Source of the DNA: Seison nebaliae
Lineage: Eukaryota
Length of the DNA: 64,000 nt
Assembly (NCBI GenBank): GCA_023231475.1
Contig: JALJEE010000692.1
Coordinates: forward strand, 1 to 64,000
Reading direction: 5' to 3'
Both the position numbers and the translations under genes were made by a program. This document shows positions 15,125 to 29,953 of the stretch, piece by piece; the first letter of the stretch is position 1; every line of letters begins with the position of its first letter. The notes under the pieces are model-generated. The model was not told where the DNA came from. It ran no database searches and saw nothing but the letters and a program-made list of their open reading frames with translations.

Positions 15125-18100
15125 TTAGTCGATTTGAGACTTTTGAGTAGTAGGAGCATTTGTGAAACTCTTTCCCTGAACAATACAATCGCTGCTGCTG
15201 ATGCTGCTGTTGGAAAGAGATTGACGAACATTTGGATTATCGGCAGTTACTGCGCCTACGTTCACACTGTCTACCACACTATTATCATGTCGATCAACAT
15301 TTAGTTGATTAGAGAATCTTCTTCTCATTCTTCTCACGTTGGCCATGGCTTGCGCAACAGCTTTATTTCTTTTCGACTCATTTCTTTCTCGATCGCCTCG
15401 TTCCTTCTCTTTAGGCAAATGCGGATTGGATTGTCTTACCAATTGTGCACGGATTACTTCGAATTGGGAATAAATTCTCGCCAATTCTCTCTAAAAATGG
15501 AACGTAAAATTTTAAAATTCAATTGAAAATATTAAACCAAAAATTCTTCTGGTTTCATATTTTTTACATTATTCTCTCCGTCCACATATCCGTTAACTTC
15601 ACCAAATAACTTTTCTGTAATTTCGTTGCCCATCTCACTGAATGATGTCATACGATGCTTGGCATCTTCTGACCAGCATTTCCTCACGATAAACCACATC
15701 TTCAAGAAAAGGTTAAATATTAGACTATTAATAAATGTGAACTTTTGATCCGAATAACAAACATAAAATTGAAGTTACCCGAAATTGGACATGAACAAAA
15801 TTGATGATTAAAGTAATATTCGGATGGATCGTTGATGTTACCAGAAAACTGAAAGAGATTAAACGTTTAAACATCACGAAAAATAATGATAACTTTGATA
15901 CAGCTACTATATTGGAAAAGAATACATCGATTATTAAGAGAATTTGAATATGACGTCGTTCATTGGGCCAAATTCTCTCTTGTGGTGCACTTCTCGTACA
16001 ATAAAGAAAGTAGAATCCAACAGCTTCCATTACCATCTCATCTGTTCAGAAAAATATTGCCAATGTATTGAAGGAAAATGAAAACTAGACAAAAATTAAC
16101 AGATATGAAGGACAATAGCCCAAGAACCCGTTCGACAAATAAAAAAATTGAATGCCGTTTTCCATTCGGTACCAAAATCCAAAAGAATTTTTGATCTTCT
16201 TGGCCAAGTTGTCCAAAATTTATCGTAATTCGGTGAATCATTTAACGGATGGAGATAAATGTCAATTGTAATTGCACTCCAAGCTGTCATATAACCGCAG
16301 ACGCCTAAGAGTATCACAGATAATGTTCGAATAATATCCTTATCTTTCAACCAGACACGATGTGCACGCCTTGATTGAAATTCAGAGATTAATCTTGAAA
16401 AATCATGCGAAATTAGAATAAAATTAGTTTAACAATAAATTAACTTGTACAATTTTAAGATGAATGTACCAAAAATTAAAGTAAAACCAATTTCACGTAA
16501 CCATGGTAACAGGAAGCAAATATAATCATTGGGATCGAAATGTCTCAAAATTAATTCGGTATAGAGGAATAGACATCCGAATAAAATTATTTCGAGCAAT
16601 GTCCACATAGAATTGCGGATGACGACATGTCGTCGAAACAGGAATACACAGAGGATTAATAGCAAATTTAATAATATACAAAATATTGTCCATATCAGCA
16701 ATGGTACAATTAGTGGTGGATGCATTCGGATTGGGTATTGTTGATTGATTTTCTCATTATAAATTACACAACTATTCTGCCATAATAATTCAGTTTGTTC
16801 ACCTGCTTCTAACGGCACATATTTCCTCAATAACTCTGATCGATGTTTGTCAAATATAATTTTATTGCAAACTTCACATTTGAAATTTGGAGAATTTTTA
16901 TGACAACTTGATAAATCATTAATTCCCGTAACACAGTCAAAGAAAACCTTTTCCAATCGTTCACCAAGATATTGTGTTCGAGTCACAATCGAATCATCTT
17001 TCAATAAAATACGACTCTTTGAGGAAGTGGAGGAGAATTTTTCATAATCAGCTTCTGCATTTTTTGCGTTGAGTGCAAAGAAACCTGGTCGGCACACACA
17101 ATTGTACCCGCCAAGTTTGAAGCCGAAACCCTTTTGAAAACGACAACTCATTGTCACATTATCACATTGATTGGTTTGATAAAAGAAATTACTACTATCA
17201 TTCGTACATTGATTTATGTCGATGTTCATTAAATCGATATCAATAATTATGACTCCCAATAATTGTATTTCTGAAGTGGAACTCGATTTTTTCCTGTAGA
17301 ACGGTATCACTGCGTTAGACATGAAATATCTTAATCGACTGCTCATTGTATCTTTTCTCAAGAAATTTTTATCGGTTTTTATTTCTCGATATTTCGATGA
17401 ACAAACTGTTTTTGGCAACGTCCAAATAATATTTGATGGTGATGTCTCAACAATAAAATCCCCAATAATATTTCTGCGATAACGACGACTTTGTTCGTAG
17501 ACTTGTTGCGTGACTAATGTGGGATACCAGGAGTCTTTATGAATAGCTGCCATCTTATCATTCATTATGATTTTCTTCTTCATCGTTCGTCTCTTTTGAT
17601 TGAGTAGTTGTTTGTTAGAGAAGATGAAAGATGAAAATTCACCGTCTTCACTTACTTCGACTAAGGCGGAACGACTTTCTGTTGGTAATCTTAATTGAAC
17701 ACGAATAATACTTTCACTACTTTGGAAGATGTTGGAAGCCATTGCTAATAGAGTTTCATTATTTACAGCAATCACTTTTGAGGAATATAACTGATAAATA
17801 TTATTGAGAATATTAGCAGCTTCTAATGCCGATGTTATCGTATCAGTGGAATGATCATATGGTTGTTTTGCATTATTTCTATCAAAATATTCAATAAGAA
17901 ATCGACGAAAATCTGTCGCGGAATTCTTGTCGAAATTTTCGAACAAACTCTTCTCATCATGACAGTTTCCTTTGTGATAGTTGTGTAATTCAGCGAATAA
18001 TGCTGGAAGTTTAATGTGGCGATCCACTGACGAAGTACCATTGAATATCAAGCTGTCGGCGGTCAATGAACCACATAACGAAATCAGACATTGAGATGTC

Positions 18101-18132
18101 AATATAAGAAATATTAAATATTTCGTGAACAT
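15125..18132 (-). CDS. GPR158/GPR179-like class C orphan GPCR, 5 introns
   Basis: Signal peptide, Cache-like ectodomain, DINQC...CRFQKGFGFKLGGYNCVCRPGF, and a 7TM region with LLEIILFG and PWLREIGFTLIFGTFILKLY. C-terminal PEEFL-RELARIYSQFE. Introns 16394-16444, 16042-16100, 15849-15893, 15700-15742 and 15491-15537. Confidence 0.88.
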
Positions 18133-21100
18133 TTTCAAAGAAGAAAAGGAATTGAAGTTTTTTTGGAAAATACTTTCTTAGATTATCCTTTAGTTTAGAT
18201 TGTAAATAGTTTCCAGTAGTTGATTTAGAGCGAAAGTAATATGATTCCGATGAATACGTAAGCTAATCTACTTTGTAATTACAGTTCCGTTCAATTTCCA
18301 TATTCCATATCATGAAGAAATTGCAGCAAATAAAGTGTTGCTGTCCTATTCAAAAAAGAATTCTGAAAGAAAAACATTTCGTATAAATAAAGAAAAGTTG
18401 TTGTTTCCGAAATAACGATGGTTGAAAATGATTTGTTTTCTTAAGAGTGCATAACAGACTAATTGACAATTGCTGCCAATCAATCTCGCCATTATATTTA
18501 TCAGTTTCATAGGAGTGTTGATAATATCGAAATAAACAGAAAAACAAGAAAAAAACTGTTGATGGATTGAAGCGTATTCGACTAATACAAAATAGATGGT
18601 GAATGGAAAAGTTGTTCAAAAATTGACAGTTACAATTTAACATTCGATAATAAATTTGGGTTGATAAACGGAAAATTTAACATATGTAAGTCTTCTAGTC
18701 ATTAGAGTGGGTAAGTTGTATTTATGTTTCGACGTAATATGACTGGGATTCTTCTAACGGTGAGCTATTAGCATATTATGAGAAGCTTACCAATAGAGAA
18801 ATAGTTCTACATTTACTTGTTAACGACGAGAGAATAGATAATGGAAAAATAATTAAAATATCATTATTACACTAGTTTTCGCCCATGAAACTTTTGTATA
18901 TTTCTTCTATTAACATCCAAAATTTATTGTTTAAAAGAATAGAATCAATCTTAGCTGTTTATTCAATTTCTATTTACCTTTGCTGCTTATTTTCCTTCTG
19001 CTTACTTTTACTTTCATTTCTGGCAGAGTTAGGTGGCAATATTCCTCTAGTTCTTCAAATAAATTTCAGGATTATTATTATTATTATTATTAATTGATAT
19101 GTAAATACTACCTCTACATAAATGTATGCACATTGTAAGTGTACATTCGTATGATAATACTTTCTGCACGTATGTTCTTGTCAGATCATATTGCATATGT
19201 TGTTGTTATTGTTATCGAATGAGAATGAATAGGTTTCTCTATAGAAAATGCATATATTTTTTTCCATTAAATGAATCTATCTGTAATTTTTACGATGAAA
19301 TTAGATAAAAAGAAGAGAATAAATTAAATATGAAATGTACATCAAATCTGCATCAAATGTGCATGAGAAGAAGATAAGCGAAATGAAATGGTTACATATG
19401 AAAATAATTCGGATATTAGTTGTTAACAATAAAAAGAATGAATATTCACACAATACAGAAGACGTTGTGCTTTTCCCTTTTTCCGTTTTGTTTTGATTAT
19501 TTGTTCTACCTTGGTCCTACCCAATTTTTTCCAGTCTTCTTAATGTGTAATTGAACCAAATAATCTTTATGTGAACTTAACTATCATTGAAAATGCATTA
19601 ACTAACAGTGTTTTCGAGCGGCAATTCTACCTTTCCACTTGCTTTTTTCCTGGTCAAGGATAAGCGTCTGCTTGAATATTCTTGGACATATCAATCAATC
19701 AATTGAAGTCGATATAGTAAATGGATTTACCTCCCGCAGCTATTTCATCCATCTTCTCCTAACTTCAGTTCGGTAACGACAATCAAATAAGAAAAATTCC
19801 AATTTAACTACGGTTTCTTTCTCACTTAATTGAGACAACGATTACTCATAATTCTAATAGAGCTAACACAAGTACGTATTAAGCTGGCTCGATATTCGAA
19901 GGATGATTGAATAAGTTGAAGTTAAAATGGATTTCATATGACTTTAACGACAATGCATCTAATTGACATTATATGAAAAGAAAAGAAAACAGAGATGGAA
20001 AGCATTTAATTAGAAAAATCTAAAACAGAAACGAATTGTTCTCACATCGGATTGACTGACTGAGGACAAAGCAATAATCTATTAATATTCATGATGACGT
20101 ATTTCGTCTTCTACTTTGTGCACATCGACCATTCCTTCATGACTATGAAACACACAAGCATAAGACAGCGACTTCTTTATACAAAGACGTTATCATATAT
20201 TCCCATATTTCTCAATACGTATAATAGCACAGAAGTTTTCTATTTCAATATGTATATGAATATATTATTCAGCAAAACCATATGGCCTCCTAATGTATTA
20301 ATATCTTTGGGAGGATAAATGAATATGAAACTTCTCATGCATCCTAATTCTTGTACAAATTGGGTAGCATAATTTCTTTATCATACAGATTTTATATTAA
20401 GCAATTAATTAGAGAATGTACCGTATCTAAATGCACCGATATCGATCAACAGAAAAATTATTTTAACATGGGAGAAAATATTGGAATGTAAGACTTTTAA
20501 GTTATTGGACCTTTGCATTTTTATGGATCATTGAAACTTTTGAAGCTAACTTGTAAGTTATTAAGTTATTGTAAGAAATAATTCGGATTTATTCCCAAAT
20601 AAATATTAAATATCCATGAATTGACACAAGTTCAATTGTTTAAAAGCTTTCCCACATATTTAAGAGAATTAGTAATAGACTTATTTCATCTCTTGTCAGT
20701 GATTAAAATTATGGATTAGTTAAAGATATGACTAACTAGACATAATATAGAGAATACTTAATATATAGAGATACTTAATATGCTGCTCCATGTATTGACA
20801 ATAGATTTTCAGAGAGCGATATTTATTATTTTTAAACTTCAATTTTAGTATTTCATTTCAGAAATATTGACCTTAACCAATTGAATCATAAACTAATTTT
20901 TTTATAAAGACATTCGATATCTATACCAGATATTATTTTTCAATTTAATTCCCAATTCGAAAACGACAGAATAAAATACTTTTGACGCACTTAATGTTGA
21001 AAGCAGATGAAAACTTTGTTCTCGATAAGTAACAACACGAATGACATAATGAATTAATAAAATCGGGAGAAGAATATCTCTAGAGTATATGGTATGGTTA

Positions 21101-24100
21101 TATGGGCGATAGGTAAATTTTATATAAAAGTAGAACACCAACGAGGATTGTCTGTTCTGTATAACGTTCTACATAATCCTGACATTCGAAATTGAGATGA
21201 GCCCATACAAATCAACGGATGTTTGATTTAAGGTCGCATTTTGCACAAGAGGAACAATGATGAACATCGTTAAATTTGGACATTTCCCTTGGAAAATTTA
21301 ATTTCGTACGTAGTCGGGAAACAATTAATTGTTAAAGTCGTTCAGTTTCATACGTCGCACCATATATCAAAAATCTTTCACTACTTGGAAGCTAGTTCCT
21401 AGGGCTTGGAGCATGATCTATGAATCCAAAATGATAAGGCTCACCATAGTTAAAAGAATAAGATCGTAAGATCGACTCTGTATCTTTTCAATTGCCGTCA
21501 CAGTTGTGACGGGCGAATTTATTTATTTTCTTGATCTTAAATAAACTTGAATACTTTCAAAATTTTTATGCAACTTTTCATACTGATTGGAATTAATTCG
21601 TTTCAAAATTCTGTTACATTTTCTGCTGTGTCAATTATATTTTTTTATCACATCGTCAATACAACAGCACTTGATGTCGATTTCCGTCTTTTTATGTGAT
21701 TCTTTATCATATTCGCTTTATAATCGTATTTAAGACGATTATGTCATTCCTTATGACAATTCAATTTTAATGTTTTGATAAAAAAAAATCAACATCATAA
21801 TCAAAGCAACGTTAAAGTAAACCTTGACAATCACCATCTTCTTTTTCATGAAATTTTCATACTTCATTTTTCTTCGAATAATAAGGATAAGGTCAAATCC
21901 GGAAAGACATAGGAAATAATTTTACAAGATGTCTTAACAATTAGTTTATTTGGGTAATTTCACTTGAAGAACTAATATAATCCGATAATTAAGAAGTCTA
22001 TACACTAGCTGCTACTGGAAATTTCTTATGTTGCAGAAGAACTAGAAAATACATAATTAGAAAATCAGGAGGATAATAATTTGTTTTCCAAATAATTCTT
22101 TCTAGAAATATTTTTTCATGACAAATAATAATGGAATAAAATACTTAAAAGAAATGTTGAAGCGAAAATATTATAGTCATTTATCATGAACATTCCTCAT
22201 TTTTCTTTACCGGAATCTCCTTCTGTCTAAGAAATAATGAATGATGGAAACATTTAATCATCAGAGAGAACTCAGATACGTCTCATTGTTACCTGATATG
22301 TTCTCTTCATACACATATTCGAAAGAAGTCACATAAATTAAATAGGACCATAATCCGTGCAAGACAAAGAATGAAATAGTTGTGAGACGCAACGACCATA
22401 AAATGACTTTCACCATTTTTTTGAGAATGCGACAAATAGTCACACAGTATAACCTCAGTGCAAAATGTTGTGCATTACATATTTATATCTATAATATGCT
22501 CAAGGTAATAAGGAAATGTTGTAAGGTGAGTATGCTTTTATTTAATACGTCGTAGTTCGGTTAGACAAATTTCCCCCCACAAACTATGTTGGTGTATTTG
22601 TCTTTCCAAATTTGATATGAATAAAGGACCTTTTTATAATAACAATCTCTCATCATTTATCTTAACTTTTATGAATAATTCTAACGAAATAGTTTTCCTT
22701 CTTAGAATCTTACGAAGTCCAAAATTAACGATTGTTAGGTGACATTGTAAGATATTTAAGAAATTGAGAGGAGAGTTTTCTCTCAATCCTCCTTAAGATT
22801 TCCACCATTAACAATAGTGAAGGTTTATGATTAACTTTATTGATTTGATACATATTGGTAACATTCTCATATCATCTAATAACAATCCAAGCAACTCGTA
22901 AAATTATGGCATACTTCTAAAAGTAGTTAGTTTTTAAAAAAAAACCAGAATAAAATATGGTACAGAATATAATTAAGACAATTAATGGACTTTAATCAAT
23001 GGACATGACCAAACGTATAATAAATAAAATACAAATTATATGATTAAGAAATGTATACCTAATCATTCAAATAAAAAAAATCTGACATGATAAATGAAGT
23101 ATATTCTTGTCTCCTATAGTATTAGTTTTAAAAAAAAAGTACAACATACCCTGTTGTCCTTCTGAGAAATTTCCAGCGCAAAAAAATAACAAATGAAAAT
23201 ATTAAACCATTAAGTGATGATTTTACGAATATTAAACAATCTTGAAATACAACAAAAAAAACTGAGTTTTGTCCATAAGAAGGATCTGTCCAGTTTTATT
23301 CATGCGACACTTTGCAGGTAGAAATGTGGAAAAAGGTGGAATTCTTCCATAAAAAATTATTTATTGACTTTTTGAACGACATTCTGCCATTACTCAGACT
23401 ACACTTTTACTCTTTGCCTATAAAATCTTGCAGGATGTGATCTTTAATAATAATAATGGGAACGAGTCGAATGATTATAAAAGAAGATAATTAAGAATAA
23501 TTCTTCTTCGTAATTCGGAGAATTTTCGGAGTTAAAAAAAGTAATTCACTATTTGGACGTGATAGAATAATAATTGAATTAATTCGTCTTAATCTGTCAA
23601 TTGCATTTCATCCCATTAGACATACTGGAAATCAATCCATAGAGTGAACATGATTCTTATGAAATATTCGAGAAGGAATTATAATTCTACTTTCATTTAA
23701 CTGTATATCCTCTTCCGAAATATGTAGTTCGATCGACCTTAAACCTAAAATTAATTTGAAAAATTAATCAAATTAATTTGCCGAGTGAATCGCGATAATT
23801 TTGATATTCTAAATTTTTTCGAATGTGAATTCACAAAAAATATTTGTGAATTCAATCAATTGAGTTCACCCGCAAGAATAAAAATTTTAGTGCATAATTC
23901 TATAGCACAATTTCTAAAATATTCTCATTAACCTTCCTCAACGACTACATAATAATGGATTATATATCTTCCATACATGCAATTATATCAATTATGCATA
24001 AAACTTTTTAATGGATCTTATGTCAACTGTATATAGACTGATGTCCATACTAATTGACAATTCATTCATCAATTTCAAATACATATTCATCGTTCGAATG

Positions 24101-25926
24101 AATACCTAAGAACGTTAAATAGTGAAGTCCGATGAATTGCGTTTAATAAGTCTTGCACAAATCTACGAATTTATACAAATCAAATATTATTGTATTTTTT
24201 AAAAGAATATAACTGTATTAGTCAAATTATTATAATCAATTCTTTCCTAATTCCCCTATTAGCATTTGTTAACAGAATTATTTAGAAATTTGCAGATATA
24301 GGAAAAAAAACTAATTTTTCCTCTCAATTATTTTCCATATGCATACTCCAAGCACAATGGCACACATATCTCCACATACATACACACACATATAGATACA
24401 GATATATTAACCATATCACTATGTTGAGGAGATTGCATATATGCATTTGTAATGGTACTAAGAGTGCATGCAATCCTTGTGCACAAATTTCTGTAGTTTA
24501 CTTTGATTAGAATAGAAGAAACTGTGAAGAATGAACGGAATGAAAAGTGTCAGGCATCGTATGAGTAGCATGCATATTCTGCTTAATTTTTCCTTTATGA
24601 TTTGTATGGAAAATCTTTCTTGTACTATATTTCGGGATGATAATTGATGATAGGAGGACAAGTTACTAATCATAGTTTCATACCACTAATTAAACTGATT
24701 AAACGGACAAGTGACTAATTCAAATATTTCAACCATTCCACTTATAAGGACAGTTCTTTCTCCGTATTTATATATCCAAAATTTAATATAATCTAAATTA
24801 AAGTAGTAATAAATTGGTGGAATTTGAAAAGAATTATACCGAATCATATAAAATTAATCTAATTATAATGCAAAATTGGGATAGGTTTTTTCGCCATTAG
24901 ATGGAACATATGGTTGAGAAGAAGCTTCCATTTAGCAACTATCCTTTCACCAAACATATATACATGAAGAATTTATCAAGAAATGTTGATTTGACAAATG
25001 TCAAATATTGGATGACTTATTATTGGATGTGATCGAATGAGGAAGTTTGTCTATCACGTTACTCCTCCAATTTGTTTACAAGGAACGGGAAGAAGATTTA
25101 ATTTAAACGACTTTCCTCTATAAATAATACTGTCGCCATTCGAATGGAATAATTCTCTTTAACATCCATCTACTAATATTGTTTTCTTTGTTTCCGTTCA
25201 ATAGTTCATTATCGTTATTAGATGACATTCTAATCATTGCGAATGAAACGAAAACAAAAAGATTTCGAAATAATCGGATAATACTGTAAGGCATCCTATC
25301 TTGTCTTAGAGAGATTGTCCCTACTGAAAACATCTATAATTGATAATGAAATGATTATTGCATATGTGTCGCATAAAATGTGTTTGTCGAATATTTAGAA
25401 GGAATGCTATTTATCATCATAATCATATGACTATGGTGATTAGATTAGAATTATATTCAGATATCGAATAATGATCGATCGCATGCGTTCTTACTGGTCA
25501 CATTCCAATATAATTCGAGAAGGAAATATCTTTATTCTTCTTTCGTTTTTTTTGATATGAATAGAAAAGATTCATCTCTCTCACAAATACTCTTTATTGG
25601 AAAGTACGGAAATATTTATAAGAATATTAATGACCTTCATCATGAAAAAAATTTCCTGTACGTCTTCCGCTCAACAACATCAGCGACGTCCAAAATAAAC
25701 ATTAATATAATGCAAATATTCGCTAATACTCCTCTTCTGTCTAACCCTTCTTAATTGGCTAATATTTATTGATGACAATGAATTCATTTGTTTTTAATAA
25801 AATTAATATATTTATTCTCAATTGCAACTGAAATATTTAAAATTAATTAAACAAGAAAACTATCTGATTGATGTTGTATGTTTGTTCATTCTCTGTTTTC
25901 AGTTGGGACAATTGACTCATTCAACA

Positions 25927-27544
25927 CTATCTCTTTTTTTCATTCTCATACGTTGTCATTTCCTTTGGAGGAGTCGCCTGCGGTTCATTGTGAATATAAT
26001 GTGAATTTATATTTTGAGATGACGTTGTCCGATTGGAAACGTTGATCGGATGATTTCGTTCTTGATGGTCGATCGATCTAGAAGATCTGATTCTTATAAA
26101 CTTTGAATCATTTTGTGTGCCCATTGGACAATATTGAGATGGTATGACTTGACTAGAATATTTATGGTTCATCTCTTCACTCGGCATCGTCATCAATGAT
26201 ACACCTTTAATCTTATTAAAATTTATTGCATATTCTTGCTCCATTCGACATCGACTATCTGCTGGAATCATTGTTACAGAAGTAGGATAAATGATTGGAG
26301 AGAGAGGAAATTCATTTCTATTTACTAAATAATTATCTTCAGCTGAAAAGATAAATAATTTCTACACATAGAAAAAAATATTCTAACCAGGTCCTGTATA
26401 CGTGCAACATGGCATGGTGTTTGGTGGTCGATATGGAAATCCATCATTTCTTACCATACACATCATCGGTGGATTGATCGTTGACGGATTGATGGGTCGA
26501 TAACAATTCGCTGTGGAGATCATGAGAGACATTTCACGTAAGTTCTGCGATGGATTTGAGTGTGCTGACACGCATTTTTTCTGAATTAATTTATTTATTG
26601 TATTCATATCGATCAATTGGAATATGGATCCTTTCACTTTAATTTGAGATTGGAATTTCTTCCCATAAAACGAATTGTCTGGTATTGTCAAATATGAAAT
26701 GGAATCATAATATGCTTTCTCTTCTCTTAATGCCAATAAGCTTTGAATGTCTAGAGAGTCGATAATTCTTCGTAGATGTAACAATGGTGGGACTAAATTC
26801 TTCACATCGAATATAGTTGGTGGAGGAATCGTCGATGTGATTTCCATAATTGTTGGCGTTAGTTTCCCTTCTATATTTCTTTTCAATAAGAATGAGAGTA
26901 ATGATTCGAAACATAATCTCTCTTCAAAATATTCAATCATTCTCAATAATCGACTGTCCATCGTTTCTTCTTGAATTAATTTATTGACGATCTGTAAATT
27001 CTGACGAGTTCTTTCAATTTGATTCGACATTTTACGATTATATTTCGAATTACGATAATATCGATTTGGATTCTGAATAGATTCTCCTGATTGTGGCAAG
27101 AAATTCCTCCTATAGAAATGTTTACCATTATTTCTATTTCCATTTATTTTTCGATGATTAGATTGATAATTTTCATGATCATCCGTTTTCATTTCAATTA
27201 GAATATTATTACATTCTTTTGGAACCGGTTTCTCTTCTTCTGACGATTCGACCTCAACAGAATCGATTGATGATGTATCTCTCGATTCTCCACTATTCGA
27301 ATGGATCTCGATAATTCTTCTATCATTCTTCTCATTCCATTTCAACGACAATTTATCCAATAAACGAACAAAATCATCAAAAACAATTTCAGTTTCTATT
27401 TCATCTTTCGATACACAAACTCTTTAATTTCCCATTTTAAATTTATTTAGAAGAAAAATGAAACTTTTCTCCGCCTTCAAACCATTGCTTGTGACGTTCA
27501 TAACATTTCTGTTCATTATTGTTCAACAGGAGTGGCGCTTCCAT
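25927..27544 (-). CDS. Uncharacterised protein, 3 exons, with low-complexity N/R- and P-rich regions
   Basis: ATG 27544 (MEAPLLLNNNEQKCYERHKQWFEGGEK) splices over a 43-nt GTT..AAG intron into the 325-aa ORF. A second GTTAGA..CAG intron joins the 114-aa ORF in frame. No family recognised. Confidence 0.65.
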
Positions 27545-27708
27545 CAAATGCCAACTAAAATTAAAATATAATATCTTCAATTTTTTTTGAAATTAAAATC
27601 TTCATTATAATATTTAACTGATTATTTAAAAAAAAAACTCAAATAAAAGTAGAAACATAAAAAGAAAAAATTATCGGGAAAATTCTCAAATAGACAATTT
27701 TGATAAAT

Positions 27709-28143
27709 TTAAATATCTGTCGATTGATAATAAAATTGACTCATATCTTGGATAAGTTGGAAGATTTCACCTCGTAAATGTAACAAATCACTCCGGACTT
27801 GGTCCGTGACATTTTTGTATCTTTTCTTTGATTCTTGTAACTGATTATCTAATGAATAGAAATCGAGTAGTGAATGATTCACTTGCAATTCAGAAATACA
27901 TTCTAAAAATGCTTCTGCCGATTGTGTCATCTGGTTGGCACGAATAATATATTCGAAATCATCCAATGGTTTGATGGATTGCAGAACGGTTTCTGAGGAA
28001 CCTTCATGTGGTTTCTGTCTCAAATTCCTCAGAATTTCACGATAATTACTTCGGATTCCTATGAGATTTGACTTGATTTTTTGGTGTAATTCTTTCTTTT
28101 GTTCGTCACTGAAAAATATGCGTGGCTGAACACGTTTATCCAT
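27709..28143 (-). CDS. MED22: Mediator of RNA polymerase II transcription subunit 22
   Basis: Single exon, 144 aa. IRSNYREIL, IRANQMTQSAEAFLECISELQ, LLDFYSLD and LRGEI..DMSQFYYQS align with the Med22 pattern MDNFTEII/RAANIVRAGESLMKLVSDLK/LNDF/LRDEI..ELEEEYYSS. Confidence 0.8.
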   Translation of the reverse strand: MDKRVQPRIFFSDEQKKELHQKIKSNLIGIRSNYREILRNLRQKPHEGSSETVLQSIKPLDDFEYIIRANQMTQSAEAFLECISELQVNHSLLDFYSLDNQLQESKKRYKNVTDQVRSDLLHLRGEIFQLIQDMSQFYYQSTDI

Positions 28144-28992
28144 TGCACAATCACTTTCAAATAATTGAATGGATTATTCTAAATATTTTTTTGATTCGTG
28201 CTCAATTAAGTTGAGGAAACTTTCAACAGTTATGTAATAAAAAGTTTAATTCATAAATAGAATGTATTTCACCTAAAGTAAGATTTTTTTACTAATCTGA
28301 AACTTCTAGAAAAGTTCCATATTCAATTTAAAGAAATAGAAAATCCTTCGAAAATATTTAAAATAGTCGCCCTAGAACCGTATGAGATTCAAAGCTTTAC
28401 TCACCCAAATACTACTTGAAATGAATACCTAATATTTTACCTATTGCCTTCCTTTTTTCTTTTTGCATAACAATATTCTCATAAAATATATCTATCATAT
28501 CATACTTACGACAACTAACTGAATAATATTAGAAGGAAGTTGATAAATGTCATTTAGAAAGACACGTCAAACACGTTTTTTAAGAGCGGAGTGATAATCC
28601 TAAGAATTTCGTTGTTCTATTTCCACTCTTATTTCTTTTAGTCAAACTGTCTTTTCCAATTCCTTTTTTCACTTGTCATATGGCAATTACAAAAAAAGAA
28701 TTTATGTAATTTTTAATGTTAAAAAAGAACACAAAAACTTATTGTTTGGCATGATTTTTAACTTTGGTAATTTCATACGAAAGTATTATTCCTCTCAATT
28801 TTCACATATGAGGAGAAGTGTGTGAAGACTTGGAGATTAATATTATACATATTTAAAATGAAAGCTCGACTAAATAGAGTTTTAGATGATTATTTGATGG
28901 TTAAATAATTTGTTTACATTTTCCAAACTATCAAGTTTATCGAAACACATTTATCAATATTTCCCATTCTACTCTATTTCTCACCATTAACG

Positions 28993-29899
28993 ATGGGATT
29001 GTTTTCAAAACCAGATCCAAAAGAACAAGTTCATTTTTTTTAAATTGAATTAATTCGATTACAATTTTGATAATCAATAGGTCAATGAATGGACGAAGAA
29101 GTTGAGGGCTGAAGGACGTAAATTAGATAGGGAGATTTGGGGTTTATTTTTCTCATTTCTGACCTGTTAAATCATTTTCATTTTAGGAATCCAACGTGAA
29201 GAAGCGAAAGTGACGAAGAGTTTGAAGGAAGCGGCAAAGAGGGGAGATAAAGATATTTGTAAAATTCTTGCTAAGGAAATTGTTCGGTTTGATATTACTT
29301 CTATTTCTCGTGGTTAATACTCGACTGTACTCTTCAGGAGTCACAAAGCAATCGCCAAATTATATTCGAGTAAAGCTCATATTAATTCAGTAATGAATCA
29401 AATGAGATTACAATTATGTTAATTTCTCTCCGATATCAAAATAATTTTCAATTGTTGGAATATAGCACAAATGAAAATGGCTGGAAATATGAAGCAATCT
29501 GCAGACGTTATGCAATCGATGCAACAATTAGTTAAAGTTGAAATTAAATTATTCAATTGAAATAATTTCATTTGATGTACCGTAAATAAATTATATTAGT
29601 TACCTACAATGCGTAAAGTAGCAACTGAATTATCGAAGGAAATGATGAAAGCAGGAATAATGGAAGAGATGATGGATGACACAATGGCAAGTGCGTTAGG
29701 TGATGACGAAGATTTGGAGATTGAAGCTGATGAAGAGGTCGACAAAATTCTCTATGAAGTCACTAAAGGCGAATTAGGGAAAGCACCGGATGCCGTTGCT
29801 GATACATTAGCAACGACGACCACAAAAGTGAAAGGAGGAAAAATTAATCAGAATGAGTTAGATGAAATGAATCGTCGTTTAGATATGTTGAAAGAATAG
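28993..29899 (+). CDS. CHMP3: ESCRT-III subunit CHMP3/Vps24, 215 aa, 5 introns
   Basis: MGLFSKPDPKEQ-VNEWTKKLRAEGRKLDREI, KILAKEIVRSHKAIAKLYSSKAHINSV, ELSKEMMKAGIMEEM, and a C-terminal MIM (EMNRRLDMLK). Introns 29029-29080, 29142-29186, 29287-29337, 29418-29465 and 29537-29599. Confidence 0.95.
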
Positions 29900-29953
29900 A
29901 AATTATTTATAGAAAATTTTATTTTTGCAACTCTCAACTCTCAACTCTCTTGT

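Noticed and set aside
21495..21512. Hairpin CCGTCAC-AGTT-GTGACGG (Helitron-end or terminator-like)
   Set aside because: Only a 7-bp stem, with no CTRR end or second copy seen.
22261..22530. Hydrophobic ORF resembling a GPCR TM3-TM4 fragment
   Set aside because: Short, stops upstream, and no diagnostic motif; at best a decayed fragment.
23826..23854. 12-bp inverted repeat TGAATTCACAAA/TTTGTGAATTCA
   Set aside because: AT-rich and isolated; may be chance or a tiny TE relic.
27424..27435. ATG GGA AAT TAA in frame with the 325-aa ORF, suggesting stop readthrough
   Set aside because: It lies within a 43-nt GTT..AAG intron; an upstream exon from ATG 27544 splices in frame.
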